Shown here piece after piece: positions 49,698 through 62,958 of a DNA stretch of 63,516 nucleotides. The notes under the pieces were generated by a model, which saw nothing but the letters and a program-made list of their open reading frames with translations, searched no databases and was not told where the DNA came from. This DNA comes from Vicugna vicugna. Taxonomy: Eukaryota. The stretch spans positions 1,522,728 through 1,586,243 of the forward strand of contig MU058252.1 of NCBI GenBank assembly GCA_013265495.1, read 5' to 3'. Every line of letters begins with the position of its first letter. Positions within the stretch are counted from its first letter, which is position 1. The position numbers and the translations under genes were made by a program.

Positions 49698-50792
49698 GTA
49701 AGTAAAGCTCCACCCTCGCTTTATAAAGGATTGTGTTTCTCAAAATTGTTATAAGCATTCTAATTTTGTTTTTCAAGGCATGTTAATTTACTTGCCATCT
49801 TCTTTTAGAGGATTGTTCTGGTTACTGGGGAGTTATTTGACATCTGGTCCCCGAGTATTTCTGTCGGCTGTGGCTGTCACCCAGAAAAACCCCCACTTTC
49901 TAGTCCTTTGGTTCTCTTCTGATACAGTCCTTTGTCACAGTCACTGGAGTTTCAGCTTGGGTGGTTGGCAGGGGCCTTCATGCAGTCGTAAATGTCTGAG
50001 CTGCTTGGAAGATGTAAATCTGGTTCCTGAAGGTTAATTTGTAATTTTAAGCGAGCACAGTTTTATTAGCTTAGCACCTTGGTGGACTGAATGTCTGTTG
50101 TACTCATTGTATTGTATTCATTCTATCAAAAGACTTTTTTTTTTGAAATGAGAGACCTGATGACTGTTTTATTGCCTTCAAAAATGTTCTGTTTTTGTTT
50201 AAATTTTAGTCAGTAGAGCATGATAAAGGAAGAAATGTCCTGACATTTTGGGAAGAGTGCGTCCTGCCCACTCTTTATTCACAGGAGACCCCAAGGTCAG
50301 GTCGGTTGTCCACAGCGTAGAATTCTTCTCTGAAACTATTTAAATTCTGGGTTATTATTTGGAGACAGTTTACCAGAGAGTAAGGTCTATCAGTCAAGAG
50401 TGAAGTGAAATTCTGCCTCCTAAAATGTAGCACTTGTAAGATTAGTTGTGCTTAGAAACTGTAAGCTGTCTCGGGGTCGGGGCGGTTGGATAACAGGCTC
50501 TCGTGACCAGTGTGGAATGTGTGCGCTGGGGGTGGGTGGGGGGAGCTTAGCTATTAGTTAGTATTTATTCGAGGGGGAGACCAAAGGTGGGTGTGGGCAT
50601 TTGGATCACCGGAAGCTGTACTCCAGCTTCCTTGAGGATATCTGATTGGCCTCGTTCCAGTGCCTTGCTTGCTGGATAGCTGGTCGTGGATTTGCTTTCC
50701 TAGATCTAACTGTTTTGTTACCGTGATGCAGAGCCCTTGCTAGTAGGCGTGGCTGGTCTTCTGCTTCCTCATTTTGAGTCCATGATTTGGCG

Positions 50793-51162
50793 TGTCAGTT
50801 TGCTAGGGCTGCCATGACGAAGCACGGTAGACTGGACATCGTCAACACGGAAGTTAACTTCAGCACAAGATCAAAGTGCCATCGGGACTGGTTTCTGGCG
50901 AGGCCTCTCTCCTGGGCTCACAGATGGTGCCTTCTTGCTGTGTCCTCACGTGGCCTTTCTTCCTGTGCGTGGCTGGGAGCAAGAGACCTCTGGTGTCTCT
51001 CCCTTGTCTTAGAAGGACACCAGTCCCACGAATTAAGGCCCCATCTTTATCACCTCATTTAACCTGTATTACTTCCTTAGAGGCCCCATCTCCAGATATA
51101 GTCACATTGGGGTTAGGACTTCAACATACGAATTTTGAGGGGACACAGTTCAGTCCAAAACA
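50793..51162 (-). mobile_element. MLT1A-like MaLR solo LTR
   Basis: tcagtttgctagggctgccat...ggccccatctccagatatagtcacattggggttaggacttcaacatacgaattttgaggggacaca. Confidence 0.88.
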
Positions 51163-54100
51163 ATTGGCATTCTGTAGGATAGATCAGTCTTTCGTGAATT
51201 TTATTATTTATTGTGAATGCCACAGAACTTGATCGTTCTGTGCTGAATTGATAAATTGGACTTTATGATTTTCAAAGTGGATTAGATTTAACCCTGTTTT
51301 CAGTGTAGCAGCTCTGAAAGGCTGACCTTGCCCCTTTTGCTTTAATAAACCTGCCAGCAGCGTTCACGTGGCTGCCCCCGTTAACCTGTCAGCCTTAGTA
51401 GAGATGGGGATTGAAGCCCGTTATTAGCAGGATCTCACTCACTGTTAGAGGCACGGCAGCTCTCAGATGGGTGCTGTCAGAACCTTAGCGGTGGCAGAAG
51501 CTAGAAAGGAAAATGTCAAGGAGGTGGGAGTGCAAGAAGAGCTCTATTGTTGGCTGAATGTGTTTCAAGAGCTGGAGAAGCCCCAGGAGGGAGCGTGAGG
51601 TGTTTGGGCAGAAGTGGGTGTGTTGGGACAGGTGGACGGCCCTGGTTCCCTTGGGCAGGTGGCCTGCTGCTTGTTTTAGTCCTGGGAGCTGAACCGTTTT
51701 TCTGGTTACAGAGCCTTCGTTCACAAGGTGAAGTTCAAGATGCCAAGTGGCTTCCAAAGAGAAAAGGTGGAGCTTTTGTGTATGTGTGTGGATGTGTGGT
51801 GAGTCTGGAACAAGGCTTTCTGATTCTGGTGGGTGCGGAGGGGAGGAACACCCGGAGTGCACAGACCGAAGTCACACCTCCCAGCAGAGGGTGGCAGGAG
51901 GTCTGGTTGGGAATGGGGGGAAGGGCCAGGTGCTGAGGGACTTTAAACTGTCATCTTGAAGAATTTTCACTGTATTTTGCATACCAGAAGTTTTCAGATT
52001 ATTTCTGAGGCTCCCTCGGAGGCCTTGTCCCAGACCAGAGAAGCTCCGAGCCCTGTCCTCCTATTCCAGGGCAGCCCTGCTTGTGTCTAATTTATTGGGG
52101 CTTCTGTGCACAATTTGCTTAATTATTTGAAGAAAGGTTTTCTCTACCTGCCCCCTCCTTTTTTTTCCTTTAAGTTATTGGAGTGTATTGAAAGTCACTG
52201 AGGAGTTTCAGGCAGAGGAGTGCATATATGTGGTGATCACATCCACAGAAGAAGGGTGTGGGAGGGGCAGGAGGGGTCAGGAGAAAGTAAGTACATTTTA
52301 GACGTTCCATGTTTAAAGACTTCAGGGGTGAAGCAGGCAACTGGGTAGAAGGTTTGCTGCTCCGGGGAAAGGGATAGGCTGGAGACAGAGATTGAGCCCA
52401 GAGATGTTTCTGCTTTTTAATTAAATAGACGTATTTAAAATCTTTATTTTGGCCAAAAGAGAAAAAGAAAAATATAATATAACAAAGACCCATGTACCCA
52501 CCACCCAGAATAAACACATGTTAACATCATTGCTTCTGGTAAATATGTGAATACAAGCACACATCAGACTGAGTGCCAGCCCTCTCTTTTCTTCTCCAGG
52601 CCTTTCCTGCTTCCCCAGTGTTCCCTTCTCTGCTGGATGTTTCCTGTATAGTTCACCCCTCATCCTTTCATTACAGATACAAGATACAAGTGACAATATG
52701 TAGTGCTGTTTTGTGAATTTAAACATTTTCAGAACAATATCATACTGAATGTAACTTTCTGCATGTGTTTTAAAACCCTCAGTATTCTGTTTTTAAGATG
52801 CATCAGTATTGATATATACAGCTCCAGATCAGAATTATAATATGTGAATCTATAATATTTGGGCATTTTCCGATTTTCTCTGCTATACGAAATGGTGCCG
52901 TAAGTATCTTATCCACATGTGCTCGTTTCCCAAGAGAACAGTGAGAAATGCGATTGTTTTCATCGTTCAGGGTGCACCTTGTGAGCCTTATCAGCTGTTA
53001 CCAGGTTGCCCTTCCCAGTGCTTGTAGGGACTTAACACCCATCATCTGTGGATGAGTCTCTGGTTCTGCACATCATTGACAATGACTGATTTTGTTTGAC
53101 TTAGATTTTCACCAGTCTAGTAAGTGTAAAACGATGTCTCATTTTATAAGTTTGCATTCCTCTGATTACTAGGAGGGTTGAGCACCTTTCATTGTCTGTT
53201 CATATCTTTGCCCATTTTTCTATTGCATTTTTTGTCTTTTTTGTGGAGTTACAGGAACTCTTTGCATACTCTGAATACTCATTTCTTGTAAATATCTTCT
53301 ATTCTGTGACATCTTTTTAAAATGATTTTTTAAATCCAGAAGTTAAAAAATTTCATGCAGTCTAGTTTTATAGTCTTACCTTTTTATACTTTGTTTCTGT
53401 TTAAACAACGCGGTTATATTCCAAAGTCATAAAGACTTTCTGTATTTTCTTCTAAGAAAAGTTTAAGTTTATTTTTTTAAATATGGTGTGAGAGAGATAA
53501 TTTTACTTGTTTTCCAAATGGAAGGCGAGTTGCCCCAGCACCATTTATTGAAGAGTGCCTCAGCAGTCATACTGAGTTACTGTATATGGTTGCGAATATT
53601 TCTGGTGTTTTTATTTTGTTTCATTCATGTATTAAAAAAACAACTCTATTCCAAATTTACACTATCTTAAATACTGTTACTTTAGCGTATGTCTTTATAT
53701 CTGGTAGATATGGTTCCTCCTGCTTTTTATTTCTCAGAATAGCCTTGGCTATTCTTAGGCCCTTAATCTTTATTATAAATTTTAGAATCAGTTTAAGGTC
53801 CATGAAAAATTATAATAAGATTTAGGTTAGAGACACATTAAATTTGTAGATTAATTGGGGAAAAACTTGGTATCTTCATGAATTGAATTTTCCAATCCAT
53901 GAATATGGTATATATGTTTTATTATTTATTCATGTTTCTTATGTTCTTTGGTAATATTTTGCAATATTCTTCAAAAAGTTCATACGTACATTTTGGTACA
54001 TTTATTTTTAGGTACCTTTATGTTTTTGTTGCTGTTGTGAATTTTTTTTTTAAATTTAATTTTCTAATTAGTTATTGCCAGCTTAGTAGGAATGCTACTG

Positions 54101-56532
54101 AATTTTTAAAGTTGTTTTTGAATCTACGTCTTGTGCCCTGTCTTACTTGTTTTAATAGCTTGCAGATTCTTTTAGGGTTTTCTATGCAAACTATTGTACT
54201 ATTGTGTTAACTGCAGATAATGGTTATTTCGTCTCTTTTCATGCCAGTACTTTTTTTTTTTTTTTGGCCTGGCTGCACTGGCTAGAACTTGGGGGTAGCA
54301 GGTGCTTTTGTCTTTCTGACTTTAAAAAGAATGGTTTTACTGTTTCACTAGTGATTACTGTAGGTTTTTGTGGAAATGCTTTTTCAGGTTAATACTGTGC
54401 CCTTGTATTCCTAGTTTACTAAAAGGTTTTTAAAAAATTTTTTATTATGAATATATGTTGACATTTAAGGCTTTTTGTATATCTGCTGAGATGATTAGCT
54501 GGTTTTGATAATTAAGCTCATATCATACATTGATATGTTTTCAGATATTGAACAGTCTTTTATTTCATTCTTGAGGTAAACCCTACTTGGTTATGAAATA
54601 TTAAGTACGTGCTAAATTATATTTGCAAATATTTATTTGAGATTTTTGTGTCCATGTTCAAAAGTGAGATAATTTTCCTTTCTTGTATAGTTTTGTCTAG
54701 TTTGTGTATCAGAATTTTACTGGCTTTGTAAAATGAGTTTGTTAGCTTTCTTTTTCTGTTCTTTGAAACAGTTTATGTAAGTTAGGAATTATTTATTCTG
54801 TGATGGTTTAGTAAAACATATGACTTTTTTTGGGAAATATACTGGATATATTTATTTTAAAAATTATTATTGTCAACTGCTGTAACAGGTGTTCTTAAGA
54901 TCCAGAATTTATATCTAAATCTTTAGATATAATCTTTCTTAGATATACAGTCCCTGATAATCTTCCTTAGATTGCCCTCAGATGACTTTTTAGCACTTGC
55001 AGAATATCCTCTCTCTTCTGGTTACACACATTCTGTTTTAAAATATCTTCAGAACTTGTACAATGTTCTTTATTGAGTTTACTCTCGTTAGTTTTGATTC
55101 ATCATTACAGCTAACTGGGGTGTTTTATTTTTTAATTTGTTTAAATCATTTACAAACTATTTTGTCTTTAAAATATTTTATTTTGAAATAATTATCGAGT
55201 CACAGGAAGTTGTACAGAGAGTTAAGAGAGTTCTATGTGCCCTTCTTCCTGTTTCCTCCAAAAGTTACATACTACACAATTATAGTACAACATCATAACC
55301 AGGAGTTTGACATCAGTACAATGTAAGTGCAGTTCTCCATCATTTCCTCCTGTGTGGACTCCTGTAACCACCACTGCAGTCAAGATACAGAGCTATCTCA
55401 TCGCCACCAAGATCTTCCCGTGTTATTTCTTTATAATTACACACACCCGCCTCTCCTCCACCGATCCTGACCTCTGACACCCACTCACCTGTTTCCATCT
55501 CTGTAATTCTGTTATTTTGAGAGTTCTTGGTGTGTATTAGATATGAGTCCTTTGTCAGATGTGTGGTTTGCAGGTAATTTCTCCCATCACGTAGTTTGTC
55601 TTTTCATCTTCTTCACAGGGTCGTTTGCTGAGCAGAAGTTTTAACTTTTGATGAATTGGCTTCTTGATTTGTTGATTTTTCTCTATTTTTTGTTTTACAT
55701 TTCATTAGTTTCTACTCTTTATTTCCTTTGATTTGCTTGCTTTGGGTTTATTTTTCTCTTTTTCTGGTTCTTAAGGTGGGAACTTAGATTGTTGATTTGA
55801 GACTTCTCTTTTCTAAATTTTTTCCTCTTGCACTGCTTTAGTTACGTTCCACACATTTTAATATTTTGTATTTTCATTTCATCCTGTTCATGTAGTTTTA
55901 GTTGCCCTGAGCCTTTCTCTTTGATCCACAGATTATTCAGAACTGTGTTGTCTAGTTTCCAAGTGTTCGGGGGAGTCTTCTCGTTGCCCATCTGTTGATT
56001 TCTGGGTTAATTCCATTGTAGTCCGAAAGCATAGTCTGTATGGTTTCAGTTCTCTAAGCTTGTTGAGCCTTGTATTACGGTCTAGTGTTAGGGTTATTTT
56101 GGTCCCATGTGCACTTGAACGCAGTGTGTGTTCTGCTTGTTGGGTGGAGAGCTCTCTTCGTGTTGGTTGGATCCTGCAGGTTGACAGTGTTGTTGAATTC
56201 TGTATTCTTGCTGAGTTTCTTTCTGCTTGTGCCATCAGTTGTTGAGAGAAGGTGTTGAAGTCTGCAGCTGTAACTGTGGCCTTGTCTGTTTCTCCTTTCA
56301 GTTCTTGCTTCATGTATTTTTCAGCACTCTTCTTTGGTACGTACACATTCAGAATTGCTATGTCTTCTTGGTGGATTGACCCGTGATCATTATTTGATGT
56401 CCTTCTCTGTTAGTGGTAACTTTCTTTGCTATAAAGTTTGCTTTTTCTGATAGCAATGTGGCCACTCATACTTTCTTTGATTAATGTTTATGTGGAATAT
56501 CTTTTTCCATCTTTGTAGTTTTAACCTACATA

Positions 56533-56990
56533 CAGGCATACCTTGGAGATGTTGTGGGTTTGGTTCCAGACCACTGCAATAAAGCAAGTATCACAAGAAA
56601 GCCAGTCACATGAAATTTTGGTTTCCCAGTCCATTTAAAAGTTATGTTTATACTGTGCTGTTGTCTGTTAAGTGTGCAATAGTGTTATGTCTAAAAAAAC
56701 AATGTATGTACCTTAATTTAAAAATATTTTATTGCTAAAAAATGCTATCACCTGAGCCTTCAGCGAGTCATGGGAGTAACATCAAAGATCTCTGATCACA
56801 GATCTCCATAACAAATATAATAATAATGAAGAAGTTTGAAATACTGTGAAAATGATCGGAATGTGACACAGAGACACAAAGTGAGCAAATGCTATTGGAA
56901 AAGTGGCGCTGATAGATTTGCTTGATCCCGGGTTGCCACAAACCTTCAATCTGTAAAATAAAAGTCAGTGAAATGAAGTGTAGTGTAGAT
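56533..56990 (+). mobile_element. Tigger1 deletion derivative
   Basis: ta-caggcataccttggagatgttgtgggtttggttccagaccactgcaataaagc 5' end and gggttgccacaaaccttcaat 3' part. Confidence 0.9.
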
Positions 56991-57250
56991 ATTGTTAAAT
57001 TTGAAGAGAGTTTCTTACAGACAACACAGAGTTCGGTCATGTTTTTAAATTCACTCTGCCAGCATCTGTCTTTTAACTGGTGTGTTTAGACCACTTAGAT
57101 TTATTGTGATTATCGGTTAGTGCTTTTTCTGTTTGTTCTGTTTTTCAGCTCTTTGTTTTACCTAACTTCCTGTGGATTACTTGAGCATGTTTTAGAACTT
57201 CATTTTGACTTATCTGTGGTGTTTTTGAGTGCTTCTCTTTGTGTATCTTT

Positions 57251-57400
57251 TTTTTTTAAATTGAAGTTGAGTCAGTTTACAATGTGTCAATTTCTGGTGT
57301 ACAGCATAATAGTTCAGTCATACAGGTATATTCATCTTCGTATTCTTTTTCATTATAGGTTACTACAAGACATTGAGTATAGTTCCCTATGCTATACCTC
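57251..57400 (-). mobile_element. Short lineage-specific L1 3' end with TSD
   Basis: TSD ttgtgtatcttt at 57239-57250 and 57402-57413, with poly(T) and antisense 3' UTR between. Confidence 0.88.
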
Positions 57401-57835
57401 GTTGTGTATCTTTCTAAGTGATTGCTCTATTACATTACATATACGTAACTTTTCTTAGTGTGCTGGTGTCAACACTTACCAGTTTGCTGTAATAGTCATA
57501 CAGATATTTCCTCTGCACACACTGAGAAGCACATCAGCATCATAATTTTTGCTTCAACTACCAAACAAAGTTTAGCAAACACAGGAAGAGAAGGAAATGT
57601 AATTGTCCATGTTTGTACTCTTTCTTGTTCTTCCTTCCTGATGTTCCAGGATTCCTTCTTTTATCATTTCCTCTCTGTTTCATCCATTCTTTTAGAGTAG
57701 ATAGTTGGTTGACAAATTCTGTTGGTTTTTGTTCATCTGAGAATGTCTCGATTTGCTCTTTCCAAACATTTTTTATTGACAACATTATAAACTGACTATA
57801 CCTTCAGTAAAAATATATCCTTACGGTAAAAAAAA

Positions 57836-57995
57836 TTTCTTTTATTGAGGTGTAGCCCGTCTATGATGTTGGGTTAGTTTCTGGTGTACTGCAGAGTGAC
57901 TCAGCTTTAAATATATAGGCCATTGCAAGATAGTGAACTCCCTGTGCTGTACAGGAGGACCTTGTTGTTTATCTGTTGTATGTATAACAGTTAGT
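57836..57995 (-). mobile_element. Short L1 3' end
   Basis: tttattgaggtgtag...ttagtttctggtgtactgcagagtgactcag...ccctgtgctgtacaggaggaccttgttgtttatc. Confidence 0.75.
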
Positions 57996-60900
57996 TGGTT
58001 TGCTCTTCATTTTTGAAGGATATTTTTGCCAAATACAGAATTCCGAGTGGGCAGTTCTCTCCACACTTGAAAAATACACAGCTTCCTCCTGGGCTCCCTG
58101 ATTTCTGGTGAGAAATTTGCTGGAGGCATTCAGAATTTTTTCTTTGGTTTTTAGTTTTTAGTTTTAGTTTTGACTATAATATGTCAGTGTGGATTTGAGT
58201 TAAGATCCTGTTTGGAGTTTGTTCAGTCTTGAATCTATAGGTTTCTTTCCTTCTTTTTTTTTTTTTTTGTGCCAAATTTGGCAAAATTTTAGCCATTATT
58301 TCTTTGAATACTTTTCCAGCCCTATCTCTGTCTCCTCTCTGGGACTGAGAATGCATGAATGTCAGATCTGTTAATATCCAGCCCGTATGTCCCTGAGGCC
58401 CTGTTCATTTGGTTTCAGTCTGTTTTCTCTGTGTTGTTCAGTTTGGGTGATTTCGGTTGTTCTGTCTTCAAGTTCAGTGATTCCTCTGTCCTTTCTGCTA
58501 TTGAGCCCATGTACTGAGATTTTTAATTTCAGGGATTATGCTTTTTGGGTCTGGAACTCCCGTGTGGTCTCTTACCTTTGCTGTGACTTTGTGTTTCTTT
58601 GCTGACCGTCTTCCGTTTTTCCGTTGTTTCAGGTGTGTTTGTGGTTGCTCACGGAAGCGTTCTGTGATGGCTTCGTGAGTCTCGTTTGGCAGTTCTGCAC
58701 CCTCTGTCGTGCCAGCGCTCGTATCTGTCAGTCACCTTTTCTCGTTTCTGTTGAGGTGTTCCTGGTTCTTGCTATGGTGAGAGATTTTTTGTTACTGAAT
58801 GCTGGACATTTTGGGTATTATATTACGAGATTCCAGGTCTTATTTATGTCTTACGTTTTACTAAGTCATTTCTGTGATTGCTCCAGCAGGGAGAGGGCGA
58901 TAATGCCCGTTAGGAGCTGAAGCTCAGATTTTACTTTGGGCCTTGTTGACCTTACTTGGGAGGGGCTCCACGTTACTGCTGATTGTGGTCCGGAGTTCAG
59001 GCCTCTCCCCACGGCCTCTGCAGGTGCCATCCAGCTGGGAGGGCACTGACAGGCCCTGCTGTCAGTGGTGGAAGCCCTGACTTCCCACCTGGGCCTCCTG
59101 TCAGAGCCCCGACGTGGAGGCAGTTGGGGGGGATGGAAGTCCTGGCTCCCCATGTGGTGTCTACACTGCAGGTGGGGACTTGTTTTTCTGTAATGTTTGG
59201 CTGGAGTCTGGCAGTTACTGTTTAAGTTTTCTGTGCTTTCACTGTCCCCTCATCTCCTATGGCTGTAGACAGCAGGCTTTCTGGGGACTTTTTTTGTTTG
59301 TTTCCATTGGTGTTTCTGGGTTGATGGCTTCCCTGGCACCTAGTGTGGGATACACGAGACAGAAAGAAAACTCGAGAAATCACCACCGTGTAGTTCCTCG
59401 GGTCCTGGTCGCTGGCCAGTCTGCCGCCTTCTCTTCCCCTCTCAGCGTTTTTCATGTTTCTTTCAAATATAAAGTCTAGGGGTTCTAGCTGTGCTTAGCG
59501 GGAGGAGCAGGGGAGAGTCTGTTTATCTGTCTTTCCAGAAGCAGAAGTCCAGATTTAATAAATTTTGAATAGTTGATCCATTCATGTGACTGGCAAACTG
59601 AATGGTATAGAAGGAAGTTTCAGTGAGAATTAGCTTTCCTCCACCCGCTTCCCCCTTAGGTGGCGACAGCGTTCCTGATTTCTCGTGCTCCTTTCTGAGG
59701 TAGCGCTGCGTACACCAGCAGACACACACAGACATGTTTTTACCGTGGTGGCGTACTGCATGCGCTGTGTCGCATCCTGCTTTTTTTCTCGTAACAGTCC
59801 ATTTTAGTGAACCTTCTGGATTCATACGTGAAGAACTACTTCATCATTTTTCGTGGCCTCATGCTGTTCCAGTGCCTGGAGAGGCTGCGCGTGTGTGACC
59901 ATTTGCACTGTTTAGGTGTTGGTCCTGTTACCTGGTATATTTATTGTCCCTTCCATCTTAGTGTCTTCTGCACATTTCTTGTGTTCTCTGTGTACACCTG
60001 AGTCAGGGTCCTGTGTAAGCTGAGGTGTGTTGGAAACAGCTGCTGGTGACTTAAGTCTTCATTCTATAATGAGTCATATGTATACTCCATAAATATTCAG
60101 AGATACTTGTCACAGCTGCTCTCCTAGACTCGGTTCTCCATCATGTTCACAAGGGCTCTTTGGTCCACAGCTTGCTTTTCCCAGGTGTCGACAAAAGATT
60201 TTGAGTGTAAGTCTCTATACCTTTATTCTCTTTCATGGGTTTAGTTGCTTCCACGTAACAGTTAACAGAAGCGTTCTTTGTATGCTTTGTTGTTGTTATT
60301 TCTGAGGGCCACTGAAACACAGGTCTGCTATGATTTGGGGTCAGAGTACTTGGATCTACCTTTTAGGAAAGATAAGGTTTACTTTGTTGTCATTGAGATT
60401 TTTGAGTGAGCTAGTTTCATTCTCACTAAGTTAGCACTTTTTTCTTTAAGATGGTGATTTTTCTTTTGAGTAGATATATTGCCCTCAAATTCTTGGTAAA
60501 CTTGAGTAATGTCATGAATTAAAGAACCATTTTGCCTTTGCCTCTTTGCAGTCTTTCATGTTGACTTGGCAGTTTAATTCTAAATTCACGCATAATTAAG
60601 TTTGATCTTGCGCAGAGGGTGGAGTTGGCACTTGCACTGATAGGCTGTGTGAGGATTTTTGAGGTCTGCCACAGGCCATCTCGCCAGGGGCCCTCTAAAG
60701 TGCTAACTGTGCATCAGATGATCCTGCGCAGTGCCTGTCGGCGTGCCACTCCGTGGCGTGGACTGTGTTCAGAGATGGGTGTGTGTGTTCTACAGATTGC
60801 CTTAGTATGTTTTGGCCCTCCTGACCTTCCCAGCCCCACTCTCAGCCTCGTGGTCCTGACATGCCCACTGCTTCTGACCCGGATGCTTTCTCTGGGCCCC

Positions 60901-62015
60901 GCCCCCAGCATTTCCGCTTCACGCCTGCGGCGTTAGTTCTGCAGAAATTCTGTCCTTTAGATTTGTGCCACCTTCTGTAAGTTGAAAGCTTCTGGGCTAA
61001 ATGTGGCTGAGTTGGAGTCAGAAAAGGAGGTGAGCAAAGTGATTTCTGTCCTGTACCTCTTTTTTTTTTTTCCCACCTTTTCAGGCTGTTACTTCAAGAT
61101 ACCTTTCTGAGAAAAAGGATTAAAATTTGCTCCCATAGCTTTGTTGCTATTCTTCATTTCTAATAAATTGGGGACTACAAATAATCTATTTTTAAAAATA
61201 ATTGTATGTGTTTACTGATTTGTTTTGGAATAAATTTGATGAAGATGAATTTATGGGAACTCAGAGTATGACCAGGGGTTAGGAATTTAAATGGAAAATC
61301 GAATCTTCGCAAAGCTTTCCACATTTCATTAGATGTTAAATTCTAGAGTGAAGTTTCATATGATTATTTACTGTAAGTGTATTCCTAAATATCACAGTTA
61401 AGCTCTTAGTAAAGTAATGTATCATAAAGCCATTAATATTTTTACATAGTACAGTTTGGTTATTGAATTTTTCTTTTTGTCAGATATTAGTCAGCAACCT
61501 CTTAGTTTTTTCTTTTAGTGGGTTTTGTAAAAAGACTAAAAATATACTTTAAATCTATGTGACACAGAGTTTTATTAAAGTGACTTGAGAGGGTCTGAGC
61601 ATTTTTCAGTTTACTTTCTTCTTTTGTGTTATATTTTTAATTTTGTCTCCTTCTACATTGTGTTTTAAAATTTGGAACTGATTGATATGTGCTCCACGGG
61701 CACTTCACTTCGCTATCCTGAGGGATTTTTTTCAAATGAAACTGAGAAATTTAGTAATGCAGCTTTTGTCAGTATTAAAAGCAGAACCAGCTAAGTCCCT
61801 TTGTGCCATGCTGAAAATAATACCGGAACATAAGAAATGTTTCTGTATTACTTTATGTGCTCTATGATAGTGTCTTTTCTGTGAACACACTCAACTCCAA
61901 ATAAGACCCTGATACTGAAGATGTACTTGTACATACACAGGGGCTATATTATCCTTCCTTGATCCTTGAAATGAGTGTGGATTGTGACAGAAGTCTTTGT
62001 GCTGTTCTCCCTAAG

Positions 62016-62140
62016 GTATTGCCATCAGAGAGTCGGCAAAGGTGGTCGACCAAGCCCAAAGGAGGGTGCTGAGGGGAGTTGACGACCTGGACTTTTTCAT
62101 TGGGGATGAAGCCATAGATAAACCCACGTACGCCACGAAG
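62016..62140 (+). CDS. ACTR3B: ACTR3B coding exon 3 ([42 protein letters not shown]), 125 nt
   Basis: Acceptor ctccctaag|GT and donor AAG|gtaagc. In frame, with Arp3B-type residues ([14 protein letters not shown]). Confidence 0.97.
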
Positions 62141-62306
62141 GTAAGCTCCCCACCGGGATTTGCTTCTGTAAGTGTATCACCAAGGACAGAGCAGTAGGAT
62201 GAATAATGCAAAATGGTAGATTTCGTAGCAATTGCACTTGTGAGCTGTGTATTTTATTCTTATGTTGGAAAAGAGGATTTGTTGTTGTTTTTGAATGGGG
62301 TATTTT

Positions 62307-62345
62307 TCAAAATTGAAATATAGTTGGTTTACAGTGTTGTGTTAG
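62307..62345 (-). mobile_element. Minimal (~39 bp) L1 3' tip in intron 3
   Basis: aattgaaatatagttggtttacagtgttgtgttag flanked by diverged direct repeats ttgaatggggtatttt / ttgaacaaggtatttt. Confidence 0.75.
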
Positions 62346-62847
62346 TTGAACAAGGTATTTTCTATGTGGGAAATCAAGTGAATTTACAAAGCCCCGGAAT
62401 GCAGGATTGACTCCGGGAACGCTGGGCTTCGAGCAAGAGCAAGACCGGCTCCTGTGGAAGACTGCAGGCTGACTCACTAACCTGTCAGATGTAGAAGAGC
62501 TGCAGAGTGATTAATTAAAAAGGAGCACTGAAGTTACTTCACTAGACGTTTGTTCTGAAAACCCCCAAACTCCAGATGGAATGGTACCGTGGATTAGCTG
62601 TGCTTTCCACCTGTTACCATTGTTAAGATGACACTTTGTACTTAGAGACGTGGAATAGAATATAAACAATAATATAACTTAATCTTTCTGGTGAAGTGCC
62701 TGTTGTTTCTTTAATAAATTAACATTCACTCCATGCAAAGGACCTGTTTTCTCTGATAACTCGGTCTCTTCCTGGCCAGTGCTTTTGAACTGCTGCTCTT
62801 ACTGATGTGAACTGAAGCTTGACATAGCTTGGTTTCTCTTGCTTTAG

Positions 62848-62958
62848 TGGCCGATAAGACATGGAATAATTGAAGACTGGGATCTAATGGAGAGGTTCAT
62901 GGAACAAGTGATTTTTAAATATCTCCGAGCTGAACCTGAGGACCACCACTTTTTGATG
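62848..62958 (+). CDS. ACTR3B: ACTR3B coding exon 4 ([37 protein letters not shown]), 111 nt; gene continues beyond the window
   Basis: Acceptor ttgctttag|TGG and donor ATG|gtgagt. Phase 0 at both ends; carries the actin-family PIxHGxxxDWDxME motif. Confidence 0.97.

Larger units (their letters stand above)
52420..59560 (-). mobile_element. Antisense L1M blocks in intron 2 (older L1ME-like ~52.4-54.9 kb; L1MB-like from ~55.17 kb)
   Basis: L1 3' ends (ttttattttgaaataattatcgagtcacaggaagttg) and an endonuclease-like peptide in minus-strand ORF 55933-56346 (KYMKQELKGETDKATVTAADFNTFS). Confidence 0.75.

Noticed and set aside
49640..62021. AG|GT at the starts of exons 2 and 3 as recursive splice sites
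   Set aside because: The reconstituted donors (CGG|GTATAC and CAT|GTATTG) are weak, and the GT is dictated by conserved codons.
31995..62958. Alternative identity as ACTR3, ACTR3C or a processed pseudogene
   Set aside because: The residues are Arp3B-type ([17 protein letters not shown]), and the gene has canonical introns, an intact frame and a CpG promoter.
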